A stretch of 64,000 bases of DNA from Planctomycetota bacterium. Lineage in GTDB: Bacteria; Planctomycetota; UBA8108; JACQVS01. The translations under genes and the position numbers were made by a program. The stretch lies in contig JACQVS010000106.1 in the NCBI GenBank assembly GCA_016209605.1, positions 6,916 to 70,915 of the forward strand, read 5' to 3'. Below are positions 13,435 through 23,527 of this stretch, piece by piece. Below the pieces are notes generated by a model that searched no databases, had not been told where the DNA came from, and saw nothing but the letters and a program-made list of their open reading frames with translations. How positions within the stretch are numbered: the first letter of the stretch is position 1; each line of letters opens with the position of its first letter.

Positions 13435-15336
13435 TTACCAGCCGCTCTCCCCTACCTCCAGGTTTTTCTCCCAGACCCGATAGCACTCGGCGATTTGCGC
13501 CTCCAGATCGGCGATCTCCTTTTTCAGGCGCCGCATCGCCTCCGGGTTGAGATAGACCTCGGCTCTGGCGGTATCCTGATGCTTCTTCTGCAGCACCGCT
13601 TCCAGGGCCTCAATTTTCTGGAGCCACTTCTCCTCGCGAATCCGCGGCAGCGGGCTGCCTGCAGGCGGCCGGCGCGCCGCCGCCTTGGGCTTCTCGCGCC
13701 TGCTTTCCTCGCTGGCCTGCTTCTCCGCCTCGCGCCGGCGCCGGAGATCCTGGCGGTACTGCTCGAAGCCGCCGGTGAGTTCCCGCAGCCGGCCGTTTTC
13801 AACCACCAGGAAACGATCCGCCAGCCGTTCAATAAAATAACGGTCGTGGGTGACAAACACAACCGTTTCCGTAAAATCCTCCAGGCTGTGCTCCAGAGCT
13901 TCCCGGGAAGGGATGTCGAGATGAGTCGTCGGCTCATCCAGGACCAGGAGGTTGGCGCCGGAGAGCACCAGGCGCAGGAGCGCCAGGCGCGCCTTTTCGC
14001 CGCCGCTCAAGCTCTTCACCGGAAGGCGGATGCGGCTTTCCCGGAACAAGAACGCCGCCAGCAGGTTGCCTACCTGCAAGTGGGTCCATTTCGGAACCAG
14101 ATCGTGGATTTCCTCGAAGACCGGCCGATCGCTGCTCTCCTCCGTGGGCTCTTGCCGGTAATATCCAACCTTGGTTCGCGCTCCCCGGCGTACTCCCCCT
14201 GCCAGCTGGGGCAGCTCGCCGGCCATGGTGCGAAGCAAGGTGGTTTTCCCCGAGCCGTTCGTGCCCAGGATAGCCACCCGCTCCCGGCGCTGGAGGTTCA
14301 ACCAGACGTCCTGAATCACCGGCTGGTTCGCTCTAAAACCGCAGGCCGCTTCTTCCATGCTGATGACCTCGTCGCCGCCCCGCGCCGCCAGGGAAAAGGA
14401 GAACTGCGGGGCGTGGTCCTCCTGCCGCGGCGCCTCCAGAATCTCCATGCGCTCGAGTTTCCGGACCCGGGATTTGGCGCGGCTGGCGTTCTGCCCGTAA
14501 AAATTGCGGCGGATGAACTCCAGCTCGCGGGCAATCTCCTCCTGCTGCTCCTCGTAAAGCTTCTGCTGCAGGGCGATTTCCTCCGAGCGCTGGCGCACGT
14601 AGGCGTCGTAGTTGCCGCGGTAGGTGAATACCCGGCGTTCGCGGACTTCCAGGATGTATTGGGCGGCGCGGTTGAGCAGGTAACGGTCATGGGAGGAGAA
14701 GAGCAGGGTGGCCGGCGACTCGAGGAGGAACTCCTCCAGCCATTCCACCATCTCGATGTCGAGGTAGTTGAGCGGCTCGTCGAGGAGCAGGATGCCGGCA
14801 TCGGCGAAGATGATTTTAGCCAGAGCCACCCGCTTCTTCTCTCCGCCGCTGAGAGTGGCGAGGTCGCGGTCGCTCATCGCCGGCGCGATGCCCAAATGCC
14901 GGAAGATGAGATCGACCCGCCGCTCGCGGTCGCGCCCCCCCTCCTCGTCATACTGTTTGAGCAGCTGCCGGTGCCTCTCCACCAGGCGGTCCAGCCTGTG
15001 GGGATCGCTCTCGGACTCCATCTGGCGCTCGACCTTTTGAATGGCCTCGAGGAGGCTCCAGAGCGTGGGATGGGACTCTAGGACATGAGCGCGCCCCCGG
15101 CTGCCTTCGGGGAACTGCGGCTCTTGCGGCAGGTAAGAGAGGCGGCGCCCACGCGCCACCTGGACCTTCCCCTGGTCGGGGGCGTAGTTTCCCAGGATGA
15201 GGTTGAAGATTGTGGTCTTGCCGCAGCCGTTCGGCCCGATCAAGCCGACCCGCGCCCCTTCCGGGACCAGAAAGGAGGCCCCTTCGAAGAGCGGGTGATC
15301 GCCGATGGAGAAGTGGACGTTGTCGAAGAGGATCAC
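13435..15336 (-). CDS. ABC-F family ATPase (Uup/EttA-like, two ABC domains, C-terminal coiled coil)
   Basis: 633 aa; two Walker A sites (GPNGCGKTT, GTNGSGKTT), two LSGGE signatures, no membrane domain. Confidence 0.9.
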   Translation of the reverse strand: MILFDNVHFSIGDHPLFEGASFLVPEGARVGLIGPNGCGKTTIFNLILGNYAPDQGKVQVARGRRLSYLPQEPQFPEGSRGRAHVLESHPTLWSLLEAIQKVERQMESESDPHRLDRLVERHRQLLKQYDEEGGRDRERRVDLIFRHLGIAPAMSDRDLATLSGGEKKRVALAKIIFADAGILLLDEPLNYLDIEMVEWLEEFLLESPATLLFSSHDRYLLNRAAQYILEVRERRVFTYRGNYDAYVRQRSEEIALQQKLYEEQQEEIARELEFIRRNFYGQNASRAKSRVRKLERMEILEAPRQEDHAPQFSFSLAARGGDEVISMEEAACGFRANQPVIQDVWLNLQRRERVAILGTNGSGKTTLLRTMAGELPQLAGGVRRGARTKVGYYRQEPTEESSDRPVFEEIHDLVPKWTHLQVGNLLAAFLFRESRIRLPVKSLSGGEKARLALLRLVLSGANLLVLDEPTTHLDIPSREALEHSLEDFTETVVFVTHDRYFIERLADRFLVVENGRLRELTGGFEQYRQDLRRRREAEKQASEESRREKPKAAARRPPAGSPLPRIREEKWLQKIEALEAVLQKKHQDTARAEVYLNPEAMRRLKKEIADLEAQIAECYRVWEKNLEVGESGW

Positions 15337-15428
15337 GGGTTCATGAAAAAATTCAAGAGCTGCAGGTGACGAAAATGGAGATTATACTGGCAGGAATTCT
15401 GGGAGGGAATTCTCAATTCAAGGGTCAA

Positions 15429-15476
15429 GCCCATTAAATTTTCTGCGGCGCTGACGCCACAGAAAATTTAATGGGC
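15429..15476. repeat. 22-bp-stem hairpin (gcccattaaattttctgcggcg...cgccacagaaaatttaatgggc) in the 630-nt noncoding region
   Basis: Read directly; one mismatch, 4-nt loop. Confidence 0.7.
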
Positions 15477-15511
15477 AATAACAGGGAGGGAATTGACAAT
15501 CCTGGGATTAA

Positions 15512-15559
15512 GCCCGCTCGATTTTTTGCGGCGCGGACGCTGCAAAAAATCGAGCGGGC
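15512..15559. repeat. Second hairpin of the same architecture (gcccgctcgattttttgcgg...ctgcaaaaaatcgagcgggc), with compensatory base changes relative to the first
   Basis: Read directly. Outer stem cattaaa/tttaatg in copy 1 becomes gctcgat/atcgagc here, preserving pairing. A third GGCCCGT...ACGGGCC hairpin lies at 15580-15607. Confidence 0.7.
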
Positions 15560-15968
15560 AATAAATAAAATAATAAAAAGGCCCGTCACTGTCTCCAGCA
15601 ACGGGCCCATGGAACGTGGGTTGGGGGCGTTCTATAAAGCACTAGATAATGAGGTTGTCGGTAGCTTTTATCCTCGCGCTCCCCAGCGCTTCCGCATCGT
15701 CACCAGCGATCGGGCGCCTATGGCTTTCCCCTCTTTAACTCTTGTGGAGTCGACTGAACGTTTCTTTCAGACTCAAACGACGCGCAGGAGCGTCACTGAA
15801 GAATAGGTTGAAAAAAAAGCTGCGTCAAGAGTCAAAAATTGTCACCGGCGGGCCGCGGCCGCGGGTCAAAATTCGCTTCCAAACCGGGGAGGAAACGGCC
15901 GGGGTGTCTCTGATCTGGATGCTTTTGAAGCGTATGCCAGCACTGGATGACCGGTAATCCCCCCGATC

Positions 15969-17582
15969 TTAGCTGCTCTCCAGAGGAAGCAGCACCAGGC
16001 GCGCCCAGAGGATGCCTTCCTGCTTCTCCAGGTCGTTCACCACCTCCGGCGGCACCGGGTCATCGAGGTTGAGGAGGGCGATGGCGGTGCCGCCGCTGCG
16101 GTCGCGGCCAAGGGACATGTAGGAGATGTTCACCTGATGGGAAGCGAGGACATTGCCGATCACGCCGATCATGCCGGGCTTGTCCTTGTTCTTGACGAGC
16201 AGCAAGCGCCCTTCGAGCACCGCATCGAAATGATAGTCATCGAGAGACACCAACCGCAGCCCTTTCTGGCCGCGGATGGTGCCTCCCAACTCGCGCTTTC
16301 CGGCGGTGTCCTCGACGCCGATCTTCACCAGCTGGTGGAAGTACTTGCTCTTCCCCTCGCTGGCCTCCTCCACCACCAGCCCCATCTCGCTCGCCAGGTG
16401 ATGGGCATTGACGGGATTCACCGGCTGGGCCGAGCGGTCCTTGATGAAGCCGCACAGCGCGGCAGAGGAAAGGTAGCGCTGGATCTTGCTGTCAAAGAGG
16501 TCACCATAAAAGCCAATGCGGATACGCGCCGGATTGCTCTCGAGGATCTGCGCTTGCAGGAGGCCCAGGCCGTAAGCCAGATCGTAGTAGGGCTTCACCT
16601 CATCGCGCAGCTCGGGCTCCAGGGAGAGGGTGTTTACCGGGCTGCTGAGCTTGCCGTGGACGAAGTAGTCGACGATCTGCCGGGCGGCGGCGATGGCGAC
16701 GTTCTTCTGCGCCTCCTTGGTCGAGGCGCCGAGGTGCGGCGTGCAGATCACCTTGGGGTGCTTGATCAAATCGCTCATCTCCGGCGGCTCCTTGGCGAAG
16801 ACGTCGATCGCCGCTCCCCCGATGCTGCCGCTCTCGAGCGCCTCGAGAAGCGCCGCCTCATCGACGATGCCGCCGCGGGCGCAGTTGATGAGCCGCAGGC
16901 CCGGCTTGGCCTTGCTCAACACCTCCTTGGAAAGCAGGTTTCTGGTCTCGGGCACGAGGGGAACGTGGATGGTGACGAAATCCACCATGCTCAGCAGATC
17001 TCCCATGGACGGGGCCATCTGCACCCCCAGATCCTCGGCGACCTTGGGCGAGACGAAAGGATCGAAGCCGATGGCCTTCATGCCCAGGCCGGTGGCCATT
17101 TGAATCACCTGCCGGCCGATCTTGCCGAGGCCCACCACCCCCAGAACCTTGCCTTGCAGCTCGGTCCCGACATACTTGGAGCGCTCCCACTTGCCCTCGC
17201 GCATGGACGTGCAGGCCTGGGGGATATTGCGGGCCAGGGACACCAGCATGCCGATGGTATGCTCGGCGGCGGAGCGGACGTTCCCCTCCGGCACGTTCTG
17301 CACCACCACCCCCTTCCGGGTGGCCGCGGCGACGTCGATATTGTCCACTCCGACTCCCGCCCGGACGATGATCTCCAGGTGGTCGCAGGAAGCCAGGAAC
17401 TTGGCATCGACCTTGGTCTCGCTGCGGACGATCAAGCCGTGGGCCTTCTTGACGTGCTTGAGCTTTTCATCCAGCTCCAGCCCCGGCTGGTTCTCCACTT
17501 GAACCGCCGATTGCTTCTCCAGGATGGCCAGGGCCTCGGGCGAGAGCGGATCGGCGATAAAAAGGCATTTTTTGCGCGTCAT
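15969..17582 (-). CDS. serA: D-3-phosphoglycerate dehydrogenase with C-terminal ACT domain
   Basis: 537 aa; 2-hydroxyacid dehydrogenase NAD-binding GxGxxG (GLGKIGRQV), catalytic R/E/H, ACT regulatory tail. Confidence 0.92.
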   Translation of the reverse strand: MTRKKCLFIADPLSPEALAILEKQSAVQVENQPGLELDEKLKHVKKAHGLIVRSETKVDAKFLASCDHLEIIVRAGVGVDNIDVAAATRKGVVVQNVPEGNVRSAAEHTIGMLVSLARNIPQACTSMREGKWERSKYVGTELQGKVLGVVGLGKIGRQVIQMATGLGMKAIGFDPFVSPKVAEDLGVQMAPSMGDLLSMVDFVTIHVPLVPETRNLLSKEVLSKAKPGLRLINCARGGIVDEAALLEALESGSIGGAAIDVFAKEPPEMSDLIKHPKVICTPHLGASTKEAQKNVAIAAARQIVDYFVHGKLSSPVNTLSLEPELRDEVKPYYDLAYGLGLLQAQILESNPARIRIGFYGDLFDSKIQRYLSSAALCGFIKDRSAQPVNPVNAHHLASEMGLVVEEASEGKSKYFHQLVKIGVEDTAGKRELGGTIRGQKGLRLVSLDDYHFDAVLEGRLLLVKNKDKPGMIGVIGNVLASHQVNISYMSLGRDRSGGTAIALLNLDDPVPPEVVNDLEKQEGILWARLVLLPLESS

Positions 17583-17609
17583 GGTTCTGTTTCCAGGTTC
17601 CGGGCGCCG

Positions 17610-18860
17610 TCACGTGCACCGGCCGAAGAGGATGGAGGCGTTGTGGCCGCCGAAGCCAAAAGAGTTGGAGAGGGCGTAGTCGATGCGCATCTGCCGAGCC
17701 TCGTTGGGCACATAATCCAGATCGCACTGCGGGTCCGGATGGCGGTAGTTGATGGTGGGCGGCGCTACCTGGCGCTCCACGGCCAGGGCCAGCACCGCCC
17801 CCTCCACCGCCCCGGAAGCCCCCAGCAGGTGTCCGATCTGGCTCTTGGTGGAGCTGACCGCCAGCTTGCGGGCGTGGCTGCCGAAGGCGGTGTGAATGGC
17901 GCGGGTCTCCATCACGTCGTTGAGCGGCGTGGAGGTGCCGTGGGCGTTGATGTAGTTGACCTGGTCCGCGGAAATGCCGGCTTCCTTGATGGCCAGCTGC
18001 ATGGCTCGCGCGGCCATCGTCCCCTCCGGCACCGGCGCCGAGATGTGATAGCCGTCGTCGGTCATGCCGAAGCCGAGGACTTCGCCGTAAATGTGGGCGC
18101 CGCGGCTCCGGGCGTGCTCGTGATCCTCGAGAATGAGCGCTCCGCCGCCTTCTCCGACCACGAAGCCATCGCGGTCAAGGTTGAACGGCCGCGAGGCGGT
18201 TCTCGGTTCGTCATTGCGCTCGGACAGCGCCTTGAGGGCGGCGAAGCCGCCGATCCCCAGCATGGTGATGGTGGCCTCGGAGCCGCCGCAAATCATGACG
18301 TCGGCATCGCCGTACTGGACGGTGCGGAAGGCCAGGCCCAGGGCGTGCTTGCCGGACGCGCACGCGGAGGCCACCCCATAGTTGACGCCCTGGAGGCCGA
18401 AGCGGATGGCGATCTGGCCGGCGCCGGCGTTGATCATCAGCTTGGGGATGAAATATGGATTGATCCGGTCGGGCCCTTTCTCCAGGGCGATGCGGTGGGT
18501 CCTTTCAATCTCGATCAAGCCGCCGATCCCCGAGGCCCAGATGCAGCCGGTCCGCTCCAGGGATTCCTGGGACAAGTTCAGCTTCGAGTCATCCACCGCC
18601 TGCTGAGCGCAGCTGATGGCGAAGTGGACGAACCGGTCCAGATGGCGCGCTTCCTTGGGAGACAGGACGGAGTCGGGATTGTAATTTTTCACCTCGCCGG
18701 CGAAGTGAACCGGCAGATTGCTCGAATCGAACGAAGTGATGACATCGATCCCATTTCGAGGCTCCACCAGGCCTTGCCAAAAGTCCTCTTTGCCAATGCC
18801 GATGGAGGAAACTACGCCGATGCCGGTTATGACCACTCGCCGTTTGCTCATGGGATGCAC
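17610..18860 (-). CDS. fabF: 3-oxoacyl-ACP synthase II
   Basis: 416 aa; KAS II active-site Cys context (ACASG), HGTST, NSFGFGGHN. Confidence 0.95.
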   Translation of the reverse strand: MHPMSKRRVVITGIGVVSSIGIGKEDFWQGLVEPRNGIDVITSFDSSNLPVHFAGEVKNYNPDSVLSPKEARHLDRFVHFAISCAQQAVDDSKLNLSQESLERTGCIWASGIGGLIEIERTHRIALEKGPDRINPYFIPKLMINAGAGQIAIRFGLQGVNYGVASACASGKHALGLAFRTVQYGDADVMICGGSEATITMLGIGGFAALKALSERNDEPRTASRPFNLDRDGFVVGEGGGALILEDHEHARSRGAHIYGEVLGFGMTDDGYHISAPVPEGTMAARAMQLAIKEAGISADQVNYINAHGTSTPLNDVMETRAIHTAFGSHARKLAVSSTKSQIGHLLGASGAVEGAVLALAVERQVAPPTINYRHPDPQCDLDYVPNEARQMRIDYALSNSFGFGGHNASILFGRCT

Positions 18861-18878
18861 AATCTGAAAAGGGCAGAG

Positions 18879-19130
18879 CTACTTGACTTGCTTTTGCTGC
18901 TTGATGTAGTTGATCGCGTCGCCGACGGTTTTGATCTTCTCGGCATCCTCGTCGGGGATGTTCAAGTCGAAAGCCTCTTCAAACTCCATCACCAGCTCGA
19001 CAATGTCGAGGGAGTCGGCCCCCAGGTCGGTGACGAAGCTGGTCTCGGGCTTGACCTTTTCCTTGTCCGCATCCAACTGCTGAGCAACAATTTCGATAAC
19101 TTTGTCCTCGATTTTCTTATTGTCCTCCAT
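18879..19130 (-). CDS. acpP: Acyl carrier protein
   Basis: 83 aa; phosphopantetheine attachment LGADSLD motif. Confidence 0.95.
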   Translation of the reverse strand: MEDNKKIEDKVIEIVAQQLDADKEKVKPETSFVTDLGADSLDIVELVMEFEEAFDLNIPDEDAEKIKTVGDAINYIKQQKQVK

Positions 19131-19196
19131 CGATTTGCTCCTTCCAATCTGTTGTTTTTCGATTCAACTCACGTCCACTTCTCGCTAACCTTCCTC

Positions 19197-19970
19197 TCAA
19201 ATGCCCAAACCGCCATCGACGCGGATGACCGTCCCATTAATATAACTCGCCCCGGGTCCTGCTAAAAAGGCCACCACTTGGGCGATCTCCTCCGGCTTGC
19301 CAAACCGGGCCAGAGGAATGGTCCCGAGCGCGGCGGCGCGCGCCGCTTCCGGCAAGGACACGGTCATGGGCGTTTCGATGAAGCCGGGAGCGACCGCATT
19401 GACCAGGATGCCTCGGGAGGAGAGCTCCTTGGCGAGGGTGAAGGTCAAGGCGATCAATCCTCCTTTCGAGGCCGCATAGTTCGCCTGGCCGGGGTTGCCG
19501 ATCAAACCGACGACGCTGGTTATATTAATGATCCGGCCGCCTTTTTGCCTGAGAAAAATGCGGGCCACGGCCTTGGAGAGCAGGTAAGCGCTCTTCAAGT
19601 TGGTGTTCACGACTTCATCCCATTCCTCCTCGCTCATGCGCAGTAGCAGGTTGTCTCGAGTGGTGCCGGCGTTGTTGACCAGCACGTCGATTTTTCCGAA
19701 ATGAGCGGCGACTTGATCGACCGCATTCTTCACGTCCTGGGACCTGGAGACATCAGCAGGGATGGCCAGCACTTTCCTGCCGAACTCCTGAACGGCGGCG
19801 GCGGCGCTATCCAGCTTGTCCTTGCTCCTCGCCAGCAGGGCGACCTCGGCCCCCCGCCGCCCCAGCTCGAGGGCCGTGGCCCGGCCGATGCCGCTCGACG
19901 CCCCCGTGACCAGGCAGACGAGGCCTGACAGTTCTCTCGTGGTCGCTGGACTTTGATCCGGGCCGCTCAT
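19197..19970 (-). CDS. fabG: 3-oxoacyl-ACP reductase
   Basis: 257 aa SDR; TGASSGIG, NNAG, YxxxK. Confidence 0.92.
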   Translation of the reverse strand: MSGPDQSPATTRELSGLVCLVTGASSGIGRATALELGRRGAEVALLARSKDKLDSAAAAVQEFGRKVLAIPADVSRSQDVKNAVDQVAAHFGKIDVLVNNAGTTRDNLLLRMSEEEWDEVVNTNLKSAYLLSKAVARIFLRQKGGRIINITSVVGLIGNPGQANYAASKGGLIALTFTLAKELSSRGILVNAVAPGFIETPMTVSLPEAARAAALGTIPLARFGKPEEIAQVVAFLAGPGASYINGTVIRVDGGLGI

Positions 19971-19973
19971 ACT

Positions 19974-20960
19974 TCAATGTCCTCCGACTTTCAAACCCAA
20001 GAGCGGCTCGAGGCCGCCGGCATCGTCGACGGAAGTGACTTTCAGATGGCGATCGATGTTCTTCACCAGGCCGGCGATCACCTTGCCCGGGCCAACTTCC
20101 AGGCACTCGGCGGCGCCGCCCCCGGCGACCTGCCGGACGATGGAGTCCCAGCGCACCGGACTTTCCACCTGCTGGAGGAGCCCGCGGCGGATCTCCACGG
20201 GATCGTCGACCCGCCGCCCGGCGACGTTGGAGTAGAACGGGCAGCGCGGCGGCCGGACCGGGATTTTTTCCAGGAGCGGCTTCAGCTTCCGCGCCGCCGA
20301 GGCCATGAGCGCCGAGTGGTAGGCGCCGGCCACCCGCAGCGGGATGGCGCGCCGGCACCCCAGCTCCTTGGCGTGCCGGACGGCGGCCGCGACGGCGGCC
20401 GCATCGCCGGAGATCACCGTCTGGTCGGGGGAGTTGTAGTTGGCGATCCCCACCCGGCCGGCGGCCTGGGCCGCCTTGACGGCTTTCTCCACCTGATCGA
20501 CCGGCAGGCCGAGGAGCGAGGTCATGCCGCCCGGCGCTTCATCGCAAGCCTCCTGCATGAACTGCCCGCGCGCCACGACGACGCGCAGGGCATCGCCGAA
20601 CTCCAGGCAGCCCGCGAAGACCAGCGCGGAGTACTCCCCCAGGCTCAAGCCGGCGGCGCCGCGCGCCGGCAGCGCCCTTCCAAACAGTTCGCCGCCGGAG
20701 GGCCTCGAGCCGCCGAGCTTCTCGCCGATCTGATCGAGGAGGGCCAGGGAGTGGAGAAAGATCGCCGGCTGGCTCAAGCGCGTCGAGTTGATTTCCTCCT
20801 CGGGGCCCTGCAGGCATTTTGCCGCCAGATCGACGCCGAGGAGCTCGCTCCCCTGGGCAAAAAGGCTGCGGGCCCGGCTCGACTCGGCGAGCAGGGCCTG
20901 GCCCATGCCGACGAACTGCGCTCCCTGACCGGGAAAGAAATAAACGTAATCTTGAATCAT
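19974..20960 (-). CDS. fabD: Malonyl-CoA:ACP transacylase
   Basis: 328 aa; FPGQGAQ and GLSLGEYSAL active-site motifs. Confidence 0.92.
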   Translation of the reverse strand: MIQDYVYFFPGQGAQFVGMGQALLAESSRARSLFAQGSELLGVDLAAKCLQGPEEEINSTRLSQPAIFLHSLALLDQIGEKLGGSRPSGGELFGRALPARGAAGLSLGEYSALVFAGCLEFGDALRVVVARGQFMQEACDEAPGGMTSLLGLPVDQVEKAVKAAQAAGRVGIANYNSPDQTVISGDAAAVAAAVRHAKELGCRRAIPLRVAGAYHSALMASAARKLKPLLEKIPVRPPRCPFYSNVAGRRVDDPVEIRRGLLQQVESPVRWDSIVRQVAGGGAAECLEVGPGKVIAGLVKNIDRHLKVTSVDDAGGLEPLLGLKVGGH

Positions 20961-21041
20961 GGTTTCAAGCCATGCCAGGTTTCATTCCTTCAGAAGCGAA
21001 CTCGGCGGTGCTGGCCCTCCCAATTCATCGACCGGAAATCC

Positions 21042-22028
21042 TCACCAGCGGACCAGGTTATACCCCCAGGTCATGCCCGCGCCGAAGGCGACCAGGAGCA
21101 CGAGGTCGCCGCGCTTCAGCCGGCCCTCCTGGCAGGCCTCGGAGAGCGCGATGGGCACCGACGCGGCCGAGGTGTTGCCGTAGCGGTCGAGGTTGAGGTA
21201 CAGCCTCTCCTCGGGAAGCTCCAGCTTCTTCAGGGCGGCCTCGATGATGCGGTAGTTGACCTGATGCGGGATGATGAGCTGCAGATCCGCCATGCTCAGG
21301 CGGTTGCGGATCAGCGCCGTCTCGATCAGATCGACCATGGCCTTGGTGGCGAACTTGAACACTTCCTTGCCCTGAAGCTGCAGGAAGTGCTGGCGCTGCT
21401 CCACCGTCTGGTGGCTGGCGGGCAGGCGCGATCCACCGGCCGGAATGGAAATCAGATCGGCGGCCGTCCCGTCGGCGCGCAGCAGGCTGTCGATGATCCT
21501 GGAGGAGCCTCCTTCCCCCACCCGGGAGATGACCGCCGCCCCGGCGCCATCGCCGAACAGGATGCAGGACGAGCGGTCCGTGAAGTCGACGAACCGCGAC
21601 AGCGTCTCGGCTCCGATGAGGAGCACGTTTTGATAGAAGCCGCTTTGCACGAAGCTCGCCGCCACCGCGGTGCCGTAGACGAAGCCGGTGCAGGCGGCGC
21701 TGAGGTCGAAGGCGCAGGAGTTCCTGGCGCCGAGGGCGGCTTGAACGTAAACGGACACGGCCGGGCAGACGGTGTCGCCGGTCACCGTGGCCACGATCAC
21801 GGCGTCGATCTCGCCGGGCGCGACCTTGGCGCTCTCCAGGGCCCGGCGCGCCGCCCCGGCGGCCAGATCGCTGGTGTTCTGGCCCTCGGCGGCGATGCGG
21901 CGCTGCCGGATGCCGGTGCGCTGGAGGATCCATTCATCGCTGGTGTCGACCATTTTTTCGAGATCGGAATTGGTCAACACCCGTTCGGGGAGCGCTGCAC
22001 CGGTGCCGGCAAAGTATGCTGAGTACAT
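21042..22028 (-). CDS. fabH: 3-oxoacyl-ACP synthase III (start moved to the internal Met; the tracked start at 22079 is a spurious extension through the repeat element)
   Basis: KAS III motifs (AACTGF, NLDRYGNTSAASVPIAL). The tracked N-terminal MRIARLRAKPALRNEGF is the translated repeat, which recurs in other frames and ORFs at each repeat copy. Confidence 0.9.
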   Translation of the reverse strand: MYSAYFAGTGAALPERVLTNSDLEKMVDTSDEWILQRTGIRQRRIAAEGQNTSDLAAGAARRALESAKVAPGEIDAVIVATVTGDTVCPAVSVYVQAALGARNSCAFDLSAACTGFVYGTAVAASFVQSGFYQNVLLIGAETLSRFVDFTDRSSCILFGDGAGAAVISRVGEGGSSRIIDSLLRADGTAADLISIPAGGSRLPASHQTVEQRQHFLQLQGKEVFKFATKAMVDLIETALIRNRLSMADLQLIIPHQVNYRIIEAALKKLELPEERLYLNLDRYGNTSAASVPIALSEACQEGRLKRGDLVLLVAFGAGMTWGYNLVRW

Positions 22029-22043
22029 AAAGCCCTCATTCCG

Positions 22044-22123
22044 TAATGCGGGCTTCGCCCGCAACCGAGCTATCCGCAACTTCTCCGCAAGATGCGGAGA
22101 AGTTGCGGATGAAAAATTTAAAT
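22044..22123. repeat. Family A palindromic repeat, copy 2 (forward), inserted between plsX and fabH inside the FAS II cluster
   Basis: Same 80-nt core as 13299-13378, with loop AGAT. Confidence 0.8.
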
Positions 22124-23137
22124 TTTCGACAACGCTTGCAGCTCATGGGTGATTCTCGAGTTCAAGTCCATGGCGGTCATCCGTTCAGCGCAGCGGACGG
22201 CGTTGGAAACCGCCTTGGCATCGGAGCGGCCGTGGGCAATGATGACGTTGCCGTTGACTCCGAGGAGCGGGGCGCCGCCGTACTCCGAGTAGTCGAATCT
22301 CGACTCGAAGGCGCTGAAGGACCTCTTGAACGTCTCCCCGATCCCCGGCGCATTCGGCATGGACTTGATGCCGTCCTTGACCAGGGAGGCGAAGAGCTGG
22401 AACAGGCGCTCGGCCAGCCCTTCGGAGACCTTGAGAACGATATTGCCCACGAAGCCGTCGCAAACCACCACATCGACGTTCCCCTTGAACAAGTCCGCCC
22501 CTTCGACGTTGCCGATGAAATTGAGGCGGGTCTCGTTGAAGAGGGAATGGGTCATCTTGGCGAGGGTATGGCCTTTTTCATCCTCCTCGCCGACGTTCAA
22601 GAGCCCGACTCGTGGGCTCTTGACGTTGAGGATCTCCTCGGCGTAGATGGTCGCCATGAGGCCGTACTGGATCAAGTGCTCCGGCTTGCAGTAAACGTTG
22701 GCCCCCACGTCGATGATGACCACCGGGTTGTGGCCGGTGTGGAAGGCCACGGCAATGCCGGCCTTCTTGACCGCCGGCAGGCGGCCGAGGAGGAGCGAGG
22801 CGGCGGCCACGCACGCGCCGGTGTTGCCCGCGCTCACCATCGCGGCGGCCTTTTGCTCCCGCACCATGCGGATCGAAATTTCGATCGACGAGCCGCGCTT
22901 CTTGGTCAGCGCCTCGACGGGGCTGTCGGACATGGTGATGACGTGGTCCGCCGCCACCACATCGATGTTCGGGCCGTTCCACTCGGCCGCGGCCAGCTCC
23001 CGGCGGACCTCTTCTTCCCGGCCCACCAGGTGGAGGAGCACGTTTTCCATCTTGGCAGCCGCCAGAACCGCGCCCTTGACCACTTCACGGGGGGCCAGGT
23101 CCCCGCCCATTGCATCGACTGCAATTGCTAAGGACAA
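22118..23137 (-). CDS. plsX: Phosphate:acyl-ACP acyltransferase
   Basis: 339 aa; N-terminal IAVDAMGGD motif. Confidence 0.93.
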   Translation of the reverse strand: MSLAIAVDAMGGDLAPREVVKGAVLAAAKMENVLLHLVGREEEVRRELAAAEWNGPNIDVVAADHVITMSDSPVEALTKKRGSSIEISIRMVREQKAAAMVSAGNTGACVAAASLLLGRLPAVKKAGIAVAFHTGHNPVVIIDVGANVYCKPEHLIQYGLMATIYAEEILNVKSPRVGLLNVGEEDEKGHTLAKMTHSLFNETRLNFIGNVEGADLFKGNVDVVVCDGFVGNIVLKVSEGLAERLFQLFASLVKDGIKSMPNAPGIGETFKRSFSAFESRFDYSEYGGAPLLGVNGNVIIAHGRSDAKAVSNAVRCAERMTAMDLNSRITHELQALSKI

Positions 23138-23138
23138 C

Positions 23139-23321
23139 TTAAATTTCCTCTTTTGGAACGACCGATTTGCCCCGGTAAAAGCCGCAGACCTCGCAGATGG
23201 TGTGCGGCAGCTTCGGATTGCCGCAGCGGCTGCACTTGACGAGATCGATCAGCCGCACCCCGTCGTGGGAACGCCGCATCCCCCTGCGAGACTTGGATGT
23301 TTTTCTCTTGGGAACTCCCAT
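23139..23321 (-). CDS. rpmF: 50S ribosomal protein L32 (start at the internal Met MGVPKRKTS...)
   Basis: KRKTSKSRRGMRRSHD N-terminus and CxxC...C zinc ribbon. Conserved position upstream of plsX. Confidence 0.85.
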   Translation of the reverse strand: MGVPKRKTSKSRRGMRRSHDGVRLIDLVKCSRCGNPKLPHTICEVCGFYRGKSVVPKEEI

Positions 23322-23527
23322 AGAGTACCTTTGCATCTGAAATTGAGCGTGCCGGGACCCTGGGTCGGGTCCTGTGGACAGGAAGACGATGAACGCGTTA
23401 AAAAATAAAGGGAGTGATTGTAATGAAGGGGAGGCGGGTCTGTCAAGGCAAACTCGGAGATGGTAAATTTTTCATAAGGCCTTGAAATCAAAGTGGTTAC
23501 AAAAAAATTAATCCTCCCGGATAAAAA

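Noticed and set aside
15471-15957. Small plus-strand ORFs (111 aa, 71 aa) in the 630-nt noncoding region. I also considered tmRNA, RNase P or SRP RNA there
   Set aside because: The ORFs start inside the palindromes and lack coding periodicity. I could not find the conserved tmRNA, RNase P or 4.5S motifs by eye, so no RNA gene is claimed.
16137-19265. 1042-aa plus-strand ORF
   Set aside because: Runs antisense across serA, fabF and acpP, all of which are well supported on the minus strand. A long open frame in high-GC DNA.
19953-22022. 689-aa plus-strand ORF
   Set aside because: Antisense to fabD and fabH.
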